A stretch of DNA of 49,618 nt from Candidatus Kaiserbacteria bacterium (GTDB lineage Bacteria > Patescibacteriota > Minisyncoccia > Phycocordibacterales > UBA918): positions 1 through 49,618 of the forward strand of contig JAGQME010000004.1 of assembly GCA_020428795.1 (NCBI GenBank), read 5' to 3'. Both the position numbers and the translations under genes were made by a program. The notes below the pieces were generated by a model. That model did no database searches, was not told the DNA's origin, and worked only from the letters and a program-made list of their open reading frames with translations. Position 1 is the stretch's first letter. Each line of letters opens with the position of its first letter. Below, in pieces: positions 19,161 through 28,300 of the stretch.

Positions 19161-20204
19161 TTACTTTTTCTTTTGAACGCTATATTTAGCAATATTACTC
19201 ATATATATTTCAATCAAGACCACCAACAAACTGATAACCACCGGACCGATAATAAAACCAATTGGGCCAAAGACTGAGATACCGCCAAGTACCGCCAAAA
19301 GCACCACAAAAGGATGTAGATTGTTTCCCCGACTCATTAGATACGGACCGAGTAGATTATCTACCAATGCAATCGCTACAATGGCCCAGACGGTTAGACC
19401 GATGGCATTGGTTAGACTGCCAAAGAAAAACAGATACAACACCGCTGGTATCATAATCCCAGCTGTTCCGATCCCTGGCAGAAGGGCTCCTAAAGCTGCT
19501 ACCGAGCCAAGCAGAATCGCCCTGTCGATACCAAAGAGACTAAAGCCAATCGCAGCTACCGTTCCCTGTACAATCGATAAAAGTAAGGTGCCCATGGCGA
19601 TCGATCTCAAAGCTCGCTCCAAGCGAGCCAAAATTATCTTGTCCTCATTATCAGGTAGCGGACTAACCTCAACCACCCATTCCATAAATCGTTTCCCATC
19701 TTTAAACAAGTAGAAGGAGCCTAAAATAGCTATCAAAAAAGTAAAGATAACTGACACGGTGCCGGCAAAAATAGCTCCAATGTTTGGCGCCAACCACTCG
19801 GCACTCTGTTTGACCTGCTCAGTTATATTCAACTCAAAAGTGGGCACATAGGCCTGGATCATTGATTCAACGCCACCAAGCGATTGTTCAAATGAAAAAT
19901 TTTCGGTGGAATCAAGTGACTTATAAAAAGAGACAAATTCATTGACCAGTAAAGTAGACAAAATAAAAGTCGGAATAACAATCGCAAAAAACACCAACAA
20001 AGTCGTCACCGCCGCTGCAAATGATCGGTTTTTCTTTGGCGAAATCTTAATTATTTTTTCAAAAAGCGGATAGCAAAGAATCACCATTATTGATGACAAA
20101 ACTAGGGCTGCTATAAACGGAAAAAAAATAAGCCAAGCGATGTAACCAACAATCGAGATAAGACCAAAGAAAAATATATATTCAGTAATACGTTTAAGAT
20201 CCAT
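19161..20204 (-). CDS. AI-2E family transporter (PerM/UPF0118)
   Basis: 347 aa, multi-TM. Family-typical C-terminal LGPYLMSRGNNLHPFVVLLAVLGGISVFGPIGFIIGPV. Confidence 0.85.
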   Translation of the reverse strand: MDLKRITEYIFFFGLISIVGYIAWLIFFPFIAALVLSSIMVILCYPLFEKIIKISPKKNRSFAAAVTTLLVFFAIVIPTFILSTLLVNEFVSFYKSLDSTENFSFEQSLGGVESMIQAYVPTFELNITEQVKQSAEWLAPNIGAIFAGTVSVIFTFLIAILGSFYLFKDGKRFMEWVVEVSPLPDNEDKIILARLERALRSIAMGTLLLSIVQGTVAAIGFSLFGIDRAILLGSVAALGALLPGIGTAGIMIPAVLYLFFFGSLTNAIGLTVWAIVAIALVDNLLGPYLMSRGNNLHPFVVLLAVLGGISVFGPIGFIIGPVVISLLVVLIEIYMSNIAKYSVQKKK

Positions 20205-20240
20205 GACGTTAACATGATACTACAGAGAGTACGGATTACA

Positions 20241-20273
20241 CAAACAACAAAGCCGGCACAGGACTGTGTCGGC
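20241..20273 (-). terminator. Possible terminator after the 82-aa ORF
   Basis: The minus sense reads GCCGACACA-GTCC-TGTGCCGGC (one A.C mismatch), followed by TTTGTTGTTTG. Confidence 0.4.
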
Positions 20274-20281
20274 TTGCGGTC

Positions 20282-20530
20282 TTATTGATTAGCAGATCTG
20301 ATCATCTGCGCTTCTGAGATTTCGGCGGCTGTTTCTATGGTATGAAATGTCGCCACCATGGCTGATTCAAAAGCGCTGAATCCACCGTCAACAATTTTAG
20401 TGACTGCATAAAGAGCAATCACGAAACCAATTGATTTGAACATAATGATGAATTTTAGCGAAACCTGATCTCCTACCCTGACTGATGGTAAGAGCCTAAA
20501 TAATATTAGGGGTGACGCAAAATTCTTCAT
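20282..20530 (-). CDS. Small hypothetical membrane protein
   Basis: 82-aa ORF with one hydrophobic helix (FKSIGFVIALYAVTKIV). A consensus-like promoter lies directly upstream. Confidence 0.4.
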   Translation of the reverse strand: MKNFASPLILFRLLPSVRVGDQVSLKFIIMFKSIGFVIALYAVTKIVDGGFSAFESAMVATFHTIETAAEISEAQMIRSANQ

Positions 20531-20547
20531 CTCTACCTACTCTTACT

Positions 20548-20576
20548 ATTATAACATACTTTTATATATTTTACAA
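20548..20576 (-). promoter_or_regulatory. Sigma-70-type promoter for the 20282..20530 ORF
   Basis: The minus sense reads TTGTAA, a 17-nt spacer, then TATAAT. The -10 hexamer ends 17 nt before the ATG at 20530. Confidence 0.5.
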
Positions 20577-20593
20577 GGTATGTGTAATTTCGC

Positions 20594-20621
20594 TTGATTT
20601 CAAACATAAATTGCATAATAT
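20594..20621 (+). promoter_or_regulatory. Candidate plus-strand promoter, the only outward-facing one seen
   Basis: TTGATT, a 16-nt spacer, then TAATAT. It is followed by GAGGGAG (20634..20640) and ATG at 20648. Confidence 0.35.
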
Positions 20622-20943
20622 AGATGATTCTTAGAGGGAGAAAGCTAATGCTAAGGGTGCTGAGTTGTTACAAATTCTATTCGAACTATTCTGCGTGAAC
20701 AATATTAGGATATGTAGATACTGTGGAAGGATGAGGAATATTTTCAAAGAAACTTGTTGCGAGGAAGATAGGTGGCTGGCCGGTCAAGAAAATCATCACC
20801 GTTGAAATATCACGATAAGTGATAGCCTGATGCATTCTTGAAGTTTTGCTCTTTATACTAATCAAAAATCTGATTCTAGAAATCTTTGATCAAACCAGTC
20901 ACACCACTATTGCCCCCGGCGGATTACCAGTCGGGGGTACATT

Positions 20944-21498
20944 TTAATCAGTTCCAGCCAAAGCCTCTTCGATATACTTAACCACTTCCTCCTTACTTAA
21001 AACTCCTCGTTTATGGAAAATAAGATTACCCTCTTCATCATAAAAAACTGTTTCAGGCATAGCATAACCAGATAGACTGCCGTATAGTTCATCCGTCATA
21101 TCTTGTACAAACCTTATATTTGCTAGTTCCGGTAAGGTTTTTAGATAGGCTTCTATTCGGCCTGATGGCTCATTACGGTTAATAGCAAAAACTAGCACTC
21201 CCTTATCTTTATACACAGAAGCCACTTCGTTAAGCAGAACTAGCTCCGTTCTGGAGTGAGGGCTCCAAGTAGCCCAGGAATTTATCACTCTTACTTTTTC
21301 TTTAAATTCAGTAAAATCAACCTCTTGACCGGATTGATCGACAAAATTGGTTGGATCAAGCGCAGTCAGAACTTTATCCGCCTCAGAGGTAGGGGCTTTT
21401 CTAGCGTTAGTGTAGGTTAGATAAGCAACCAAAGTCACCGCTATTAAAACAATAACGATGATGCTTAAAAACCAGAAATTAAATTTTTTGTCTTCCAT
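20944..21498 (-). CDS. Membrane-anchored TlpA/ResA-like thioredoxin-fold protein with degenerate active site (SPHS instead of CxxC)
   Basis: 184 aa. N-terminal TM. INSWATWSPHSRTE aligns to the WxxWCxPC redoxin motif. Confidence 0.85.
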   Translation of the reverse strand: MEDKKFNFWFLSIIVIVLIAVTLVAYLTYTNARKAPTSEADKVLTALDPTNFVDQSGQEVDFTEFKEKVRVINSWATWSPHSRTELVLLNEVASVYKDKGVLVFAINRNEPSGRIEAYLKTLPELANIRFVQDMTDELYGSLSGYAMPETVFYDEEGNLIFHKRGVLSKEEVVKYIEEALAGTD

Positions 21499-21502
21499 AG
21501 TT

Positions 21503-22168
21503 TTAGTTTATCAGCTCAAGCCACTCTTCATAAGCCAAAGCTCCGGACACATTCTTGGTTTGGCCATCAGGGAAAATAATAACACTAAAAGGTGTTCCTC
21601 TCGCTCCCATCGAATTAGCTACCCTAGCATCTTCCGAGACCAAGGCCGAAGCTTGACCATCATCAAGACAATCACTAACCGACTGTGGTGAGAGATTAAG
21701 ACCGACCGCCATTTCATGCAAATAACTTGACGAGAGATTTTTTTGGCTTTCAAAAATCTGTTCAGCAAAAGTCCAAAACTGATTATCGTCAGTGGAAAGT
21801 TTAGCTACACACTCTGAGATTTCAGCCGCCAACCTTGAGTTTGCGCTTAAGATTGGTAAATGTCGATATTCCCAAACTACTCCACCATCCGATTCATCAA
21901 CCAATCTTTTTAGAGTAGGATGAAGTTCAGCACAAAAATGACAAGAAAAATCAGCAAACTCAACAATTCGAAGGGGAGCTTCTTTATCTCCGTAGGTATG
22001 AGCTAAATCTGGAGTTCGTTTTATGGAAGCAATATCTTCTATCACTGATGATGGACCAGATAAAAAATCATCTTTGTTACTGGCAAAAATGACTAAGTAA
22101 CAACCCGCAATCACGGCTAAGGCTGTCAACAAAATTTCTTTTTGCAAAACAGAAAGACTCATTACCAA
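21503..22168 (-). CDS. DsbA-family thiol:disulfide oxidoreductase (membrane-anchored)
   Basis: 221 aa. N-terminal TM. VEFADFSCHFCAELHP carries an intact CxxC. The track start is TTG at 22168; an in-frame ATG at 22162 is the alternative. Confidence 0.85.
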   Translation of the reverse strand: MVMSLSVLQKEILLTALAVIAGCYLVIFASNKDDFLSGPSSVIEDIASIKRTPDLAHTYGDKEAPLRIVEFADFSCHFCAELHPTLKRLVDESDGGVVWEYRHLPILSANSRLAAEISECVAKLSTDDNQFWTFAEQIFESQKNLSSSYLHEMAVGLNLSPQSVSDCLDDGQASALVSEDARVANSMGARGTPFSVIIFPDGQTKNVSGALAYEEWLELIN

Positions 22169-22171
22169 ATA

Positions 22172-22654
22172 TCAGCCCTTAATATAAACCTCAAACTCAT
22201 CGGGTGTCTCTCCCTCACCAGCCGGTATCAGATTTAGAGTCACCCGCTCACCCATAAAGCGAGCGTTAAAGGTGGCCTCTTCTGAAACCTTAGCCGTAAC
22301 ACTAAATCTCTGCGAAGTTAATTTTTCTTCACAATTTTGACTAGTATTTATAACTCCAAAGTCAATAGTGACTTGCTCCGGATATGACTCAGCCACCATC
22401 ACATCAGTATCCAACAAGTCGCAAGGAGTGGGCATTATTATCTCACCCACAATAGTGTGTGTACCGTCAATAAAATAATGTTTACCGGTAATTTCCGATA
22501 CATTATATTTATCAACCTGACTGATCACATCATTGTCTGTTTCCGGTTCGGTGTTGTTCACCATTTCTTGTTTTTTGATGTAAGTAAAAGCAAAGAGACC
22601 AACCACAATCAACAAAAATATAACCACCACCGCTATCAATGATTGTTTGTTCAT
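22172..22654 (-). CDS. Hypothetical membrane-anchored exported protein
   Basis: 160 aa. N-terminal TM LIAVVVIFLLIVVGLFAF. 3 nt from the downstream gene. Confidence 0.6.
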   Translation of the reverse strand: MNKQSLIAVVVIFLLIVVGLFAFTYIKKQEMVNNTEPETDNDVISQVDKYNVSEITGKHYFIDGTHTIVGEIIMPTPCDLLDTDVMVAESYPEQVTIDFGVINTSQNCEEKLTSQRFSVTAKVSEEATFNARFMGERVTLNLIPAGEGETPDEFEVYIKG

Positions 22655-22721
22655 AAGCTAGAGTTAAAATAATAATCTGTATTATAACTCAATTTAGCTT
22701 AACTTACTAAAACCAATCTGG

Positions 22722-24377
22722 TTATTCAGGTAATAAATCTTTACCAATGTAGACAGTGATAGTTGGATCGGTGTCAGCGGTGGCATCATCAGCAGATAGC
22801 AAAGCGTTTTCTAATTGTTTACTTAGAGCCAAAGCGTCTTCACTAAACTTAGGTGAATAAACTATGACCGTGCGGTCTTTAATATTCTCGGCATCAGACT
22901 TTAAATCACCGACTTGATAACCTAATTCCTGCAACTTAAAGCTAAGTGAAGCCGCCACACCAGATTTTCCACTAGCATTTACCAAGACCAACTCATACTG
23001 TTGATTATTACCCTCTTCCACGGTGAATTCAGACGATATCTTATCTCCACCGCTGGTTCTTTCGTAAATAACCTGTTCTGAAGACACGACAATGTCCTCA
23101 CCTCCCCGTTTTATCACAATTTCGTAAACTGAATCTGAATCAGTTACTATCAAGATAAATTTCAAAATTATAAAAACCATAAAACCAACAGCCAAGAGTG
23201 AGTAGAAAAATACCTGATAACGTCTAACAAAGCCAACTAAAACAAACAGCTTATCCTTCAGACTCTTAACGGTACTTAGTTTAGTAGACAAATCCTTATA
23301 GCCGGAGGTGATCGGAGTAGTCACCAACAGGCGTCGCTGGATTTTTATGTCTGAACCTTTCAACTTAGAAGTTGAAACCGGAACACTCTTTCGCATATTT
23401 GGATCCACACCAGCCAATACCAACATCCTTCTCACGTAAGACCTAATAGCAAATCTAATGAACCAAATCAGCGATACAAGAACTATTATAAATAACAGTA
23501 TGCCTTTTAGGGGTAGTACCCAAAAATGAGTAGCTCTTGAACTAAACTGCTTAGCGTCTTGTCCATAACCAAGAGTCACCTCAGCCGTATACCGACCAAT
23601 ATCAGCCAAAGAATACTGACCGTTCCAAGTAAACTCAAATTTTCTAATACTATTTGGCAAGACATTTCCAAAGTGAGTTTGTCGGTTAATTGGGATAATC
23701 CCTCTTTCCTTTCCCCACATGTTGGTGATGGTTATTTCACCCCTTGGTTGTAAATGAACATTACCGGTGTTCTCAAACCTAAGTTCAAAGGTGGTACTTG
23801 GCTTATCTACCAATCTCTTTACCGAACGAAATGACCGAACATTTCCAGACTCAACCACATCACCGGCCACTCGCACAAAAAATAACGAAGTGACCACCTG
23901 AGAGGTGTGTACCGCTGAACCCTCTGTTTTTGGTGGCTCGGTACTAATCAAAATAGCGGCGTAGTGACCCCCGGGAGCCGCTTCTTTTGGTACCTGTAAT
24001 TTAACCGGAATCTCAGCACTAGATTCGCGAGGGATTTTTATAACCCCTTTGGGTGTATCAATCCACTCACCTAGAGTTGAACCGTCTAATTCATTTTTAT
24101 CGAGTGGGATAAATTGTCCCTGTCCAGTTTCGCCTTGTGGCGAAAAATTAACCACCGTAGCATAAACCGATAAATCAAATGGGTTATTATTGATAACCCT
24201 AACCGAACTTGTCCAAGACTGCTCCGGTTCGGCTGACATTTCAAACAGAGTTGGCGTAACACTGAGTGAAAGTGACTGAGCCGAAACAGAGTTTAAAAAA
24301 AGTATGAAAAAACCTAAGACTAAAATAATATAGCCCGTTAGGTAACTAATCCGTTTTTTTGGAAAGTTTAATATCAT
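22722..24377 (-). CDS. DUF916/DUF3324-like surface anchor fused, through two TM segments, to a LytR_C domain
   Basis: Start placed at ATG 24377 (MILNFPKKRISYLTGYIILVLGFFILFLNSVSAQS signal); the track start is 24449. The two-lobed beta-rich ectodomain resembles ORFs 24346..25371 and 41068..42003. TM helices GILLFIIVLVSLIWFI and FFYSLLAVGFMVFIILKFILIV. The C-terminal YELVLVNASGKSGVAASLSFKLQELGYQVGDLKS...TVIVYS matches the LytR_C pattern. Confidence 0.7.
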   Translation of the reverse strand: MILNFPKKRISYLTGYIILVLGFFILFLNSVSAQSLSLSVTPTLFEMSAEPEQSWTSSVRVINNNPFDLSVYATVVNFSPQGETGQGQFIPLDKNELDGSTLGEWIDTPKGVIKIPRESSAEIPVKLQVPKEAAPGGHYAAILISTEPPKTEGSAVHTSQVVTSLFFVRVAGDVVESGNVRSFRSVKRLVDKPSTTFELRFENTGNVHLQPRGEITITNMWGKERGIIPINRQTHFGNVLPNSIRKFEFTWNGQYSLADIGRYTAEVTLGYGQDAKQFSSRATHFWVLPLKGILLFIIVLVSLIWFIRFAIRSYVRRMLVLAGVDPNMRKSVPVSTSKLKGSDIKIQRRLLVTTPITSGYKDLSTKLSTVKSLKDKLFVLVGFVRRYQVFFYSLLAVGFMVFIILKFILIVTDSDSVYEIVIKRGGEDIVVSSEQVIYERTSGGDKISSEFTVEEGNNQQYELVLVNASGKSGVAASLSFKLQELGYQVGDLKSDAENIKDRTVIVYSPKFSEDALALSKQLENALLSADDATADTDPTITVYIGKDLLPE

Positions 24378-25371
24378 GATCCTGTGGTTCTGAAGTGGTT
24401 TCTCTGACATAGACCGGTAGGCTACTAAAACTATCAAATTCATCATCACTGACAGAATACTGACGGTGAACTCTAAGAGCCAAGAACAAAGCCAGTATCA
24501 ACAGTATAATAAATACCCCGATAAGCTGATAGAGTGGCACAACGTAGAAAAATGTGGTGTCTTGCAGTTGGGCTAACTGTGAATCTCCATATTCCAAAGA
24601 AAGAAGGGCCTTATACTTACCAAAACGCATATCCTCCGGCAAATCGACGGTCAAAGTCTCCTGCTGATCTTTATTTATAGTGATATGACTCTCGTTAACT
24701 GGTGTTGCAAACACTTCGTTGCCAGAGGTGTCATAAAATATTATTTCACCATTAGGGTTTATATCCTTGGTACCAGCGTTTTTTAGAATTATTTCGGCTT
24801 TTGACTCTTCACTACCAGTAATAAAACGGTCGATCGAAAACTTGGCCAAACGCAAAAGCGTAACTGATTTGTCTTTTACCTCAATTCTAACAATCGTCCC
24901 AGGAACTTGGCCATTTTTTACACTAGCCTCAGCCTTGGGTCGATTACTACCGGAAGCGAAAGATATTAAAGCGTGATATTCCCCCGGCTTGGCTTGAGCT
25001 GGGATTTTAATTTGTAGATCAGCCACATGTTTCTCCCCGGGCGGTATTTCAATTCTAGCTCTTGAGATAGCAGTCCATGACGTTACCGTCTTTGAATTAT
25101 CAGCAATCGCCGGTTGGATAAAATCGGTTATGTTGCCATCGGCATCTACCGCAATTTCGTTTACAGTTGTATAAAGGCGCAAAGGAGTAGAGCCGGTATT
25201 GGTAATGGTAATTGGGACTGACTCAATCGATCTTGGCTCTAAGGTTTTATCTATTATCAGTGGAGTGACTTGATAAGCGTACGCTTGGTGAGTGACAGTT
25301 AAAAAAAACAAAGCAATAAACAAACTTAAGTACCTTAGTTTTAGTTTGAATTGTGGGATAACTAATTTCAT
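24346..25371 (-). CDS. DUF916/DUF3324-like surface protein with C-terminal TM anchor
   Basis: 341 aa. Signal peptide. Lobe 1 is VTPLIIDKTLEPRSIESVPITITNTG...SWTAISRARIEIPPGEKHVADLQIKIPAQAKPGEYHALISF. Lobe 2 is AEIILKNAGTKDINPNGEIIFYD...FGKYKALLSLEY. TM LIGVFIILLILALFLAL. Confidence 0.7.
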   Translation of the reverse strand: MKLVIPQFKLKLRYLSLFIALFFLTVTHQAYAYQVTPLIIDKTLEPRSIESVPITITNTGSTPLRLYTTVNEIAVDADGNITDFIQPAIADNSKTVTSWTAISRARIEIPPGEKHVADLQIKIPAQAKPGEYHALISFASGSNRPKAEASVKNGQVPGTIVRIEVKDKSVTLLRLAKFSIDRFITGSEESKAEIILKNAGTKDINPNGEIIFYDTSGNEVFATPVNESHITINKDQQETLTVDLPEDMRFGKYKALLSLEYGDSQLAQLQDTTFFYVVPLYQLIGVFIILLILALFLALRVHRQYSVSDDEFDSFSSLPVYVRETTSEPQDHDIKLSKKTD

Positions 25372-25376
25372 AAAAT

Positions 25377-28300
25377 TTAGAAAGTTGGAACGGCGATATA
25401 GGTTATATTACTTTGGTATTCGCCAGGTACGTTATCTTCTGTGACCGATATTCCATATACAATATCATGAGTATCATTGGTTGGCACTGCGCTATACATG
25501 ATTTCAGAAGCGGTAGTAGCCAAAGCTGCAAAAGTATCATCTGGCGCAAATCTAGCCGATCCGCCCTGCAAAACATCATCACCAACATGATAACCGAAAC
25601 AACTAGTGGTGGTAGCACTACAACCATTAGCCCAACTAAGTGGCGAGGCGTTGGTGCCCGTTACCGGCAGAATGGTGTTGGCGTACTCATCAGTGAGTTG
25701 TTGATCTGTCATCATTAAGACTTGATAACCATCGGTGGCGTTGGTATTGACGGCTAATCGGTGACCAGTGTAGACCACGCTATTAAATGGCAACACTGAA
25801 AACGGCAGAGTGGACGGAGTGGAAGTTGCGTTAATAGTGAAACTATTGGTAGTAGTACCAGCTGGCAGACCCAAAATATCAAAGGTCAACGAAGCCCCAG
25901 CTGTTACCAAACTAGGGTATGATGAGCTTGCATAAACCGGCTCATTGTTAACCATATCCCAAAGCCTAAAGTAATAAACGGCGTTAACTCTGGTCAAACC
26001 TTGAGCGATTCCAAATTCAAACTCCGTGGTAGCTAAGGCTGGTTGTGTGACTAAGCTGGTACCACCGGTTGATTCATTGTGAGCCCCACAACCATTTCCA
26101 ATACCAGCAAAACAAGCATTACTATCTGATATTACTGAATTATCAATAATCTCATTATCACTACCAGCCACGTCCGCATAACACCAAGTCGAGGTACTGG
26201 TACAACTACTGGTACTAGTTAGAAAAGTACCGCCATCAGAAAAGTCAGCTGATTGTGAATACTGAAGGCCGAATTTGGTATTAACTCCTTCAGCATTCTC
26301 GGTTTCTTTTAGCGAAACACGGAGTTTTAATATTTCGTCCTCAACATCAATCGGAGCGGTATTTTCGGCCGCTAAGGCCGAGCTCGGGGTAAGATTGTTT
26401 TCGTCGGTAAACCAGCGCCAACTAGAGGTTAATGGAGTGTACCCGGAACTGCGCAGGGTTGGATAATTGTTATAGACAGACAATGGTGTACCATCACCAA
26501 AAACCATGCGCAAACAGTAATCAGCTCTTTGTACTGCTCCGTTTTGTTCAATCAACCAATCATATTCAACGTCTTCTCCGGCTGTCGCACTGTTGGGGTT
26601 AATGGCCGAATTGTTTGCTGATTCAAAAGTACCGGCTACATCAGAAACCGAAAATAGCAACAAAGATGGTAGTTCGGTACCATCGCTTGGTGTGGCATTA
26701 TAACCACGCCAGACTACGCCTGAACCAGGAGCACCAACATCAGTCCAAGTATTAATAGCCGAACAGGTACTAGACCTTAAGCCAAACTGTAATTTAAATC
26801 CTTGATTGGCTTGTGGCAAGGAAGCATTGACCACCTTAAGAGACATCCTCACTCGCACCCTCTCCCCTTCACCCAAAGGCTCATCAGCAATAGAAATTGA
26901 GGTGTTTTCACCAATATCACTAGCGCCCGCCGGCCACGGATCAGTTGGAGTTATCAGATCATTATCAACATAGAATCGGTAATAGTTCTGCCTGAAAGCT
27001 AATTCTGCTATTGGCCATTCCACAATCTCCGCTCGATAGGTGAGGGTGTTGCCGGTATCACTACGCCATAGGTAAAAGGCGGTGGTAGAAGCTAATCTAA
27101 AACCAGCAATTGGTCTTGGGAAGTTGGTTCCAATTTGTGAAAAACGGGTATTAGCAAAGATTGAGCTGTTTGAAGTACGTTCTAGGGTGTCACCAATATC
27201 AACTGAGAGAGTCAGTGGCTCCGTGCCGCCTCTGGTTGAGCCATTGACCTGGTGTACATTCATAGCCCCAGTTGTTACTTGAGTATTCTCAATCACCCAA
27301 GCCACAGAGGTGTGACCACCCGGTGTGGTAGCTAGCGAATCGATTTTAAAAGTAAGTTGACCCATACCGGATATAAACACCTCATGACCAAAATCAGCCT
27401 GTGTCTGTAGTCCATTAGTCATTCTCTTTTGAGTATGTAAAAAAGCTTGTGTGGTACTAATGACAGGGTTAGGAATATCAACTAATTCCAAATCACCGGC
27501 GGTCGAATAAGTGTGTTCAACTCTTTGTATATTCCAGTTTATACCAACAAATTCCACCACCGCATAACTAACTACTACCGCATCGCTACCAGAAGCCCCT
27601 CTTTCAAAGGTAGGTTGATTGGTCGATGAGGCCCAGTTTGAGGTAGTCTGCATGGTTTCATAATCTGCCCTAGCAACATCTGGGTTAGCAATACCGGTTA
27701 TAAAAACCACCACGTCATCATCGTCAAGAACGCCCGCCACAGCACTACCAGACATAGTGGTTGAATTTATACCGAAAGTAGCTGTAGACTGACCTCTAAC
27801 TACCATCTCGTTATCCGCTCCCCCGTCACCAATATATTCTATAATCTCCCAATCAACCTTAGTGTCATTTAAGGCTGTAGCCGGTCGAGTGAAAGTGATA
27901 GAGGTTAGTAAGTTTTCTGGATTAGAAATATAAGCAGTAACATCGTCTGTATTCTGATTACCACCAGCACTACTTTTTCCAGCTCCAGTGTGATGAGAAT
28001 TAGTTATACGAATAAAGGCGGTCGAAGTTGAAGCGGGAGCATCGTATTCTGAACCAGCTGTGATGGTGGAACCAGTTCCACTCACAAAAAGGGTACCTCT
28101 TTGAATCTTAAAGTCTTGTTTGGGTGAAGTTGATAATTCAGCGTATTCTATGTAGTTGTTTAAATCAACACCATTGTTAGAAACCCGAAAACAATAATTG
28201 GTGTCGTAGCCAGCCTTATCAGTTATCTCAAACGAATATTCGAGTTCCAAAAATTGTGAGCTGGTCAATGTCGTAGTAGCGCTAACCGCTGACGTATCGT

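Noticed and set aside
20560-20940. A tRNA or other known small RNA gene in the 413-bp gap, suggested by a TTCGAAC T-loop-like string at about 20680.
   Set aside because: No acceptor-stem or anticodon-stem complementarity can be drawn around it. No GTGGC or GGTTCGAATCC-type conserved blocks are present.
25301-25320. Homopolymer tracts as phase-variation switches, such as the T8 in the signal-peptide region of the 341-aa gene and similar A/T runs elsewhere.
   Set aside because: Runs of 7-8 A/T are common throughout this AT-rich window, including in housekeeping genes. They are too short to argue for slipped-strand regulation.
25377-25410. C-terminal ...PTF, ...PSF and ...SQW as an outer-membrane beta-barrel targeting signal.
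   Set aside because: The alternating hydrophobic pattern of the OMP beta-signal is broken by Pro and polar residues. No BAM, Lpt or other outer-membrane genes are seen. The termini fit the end of the WxL-like domain better.
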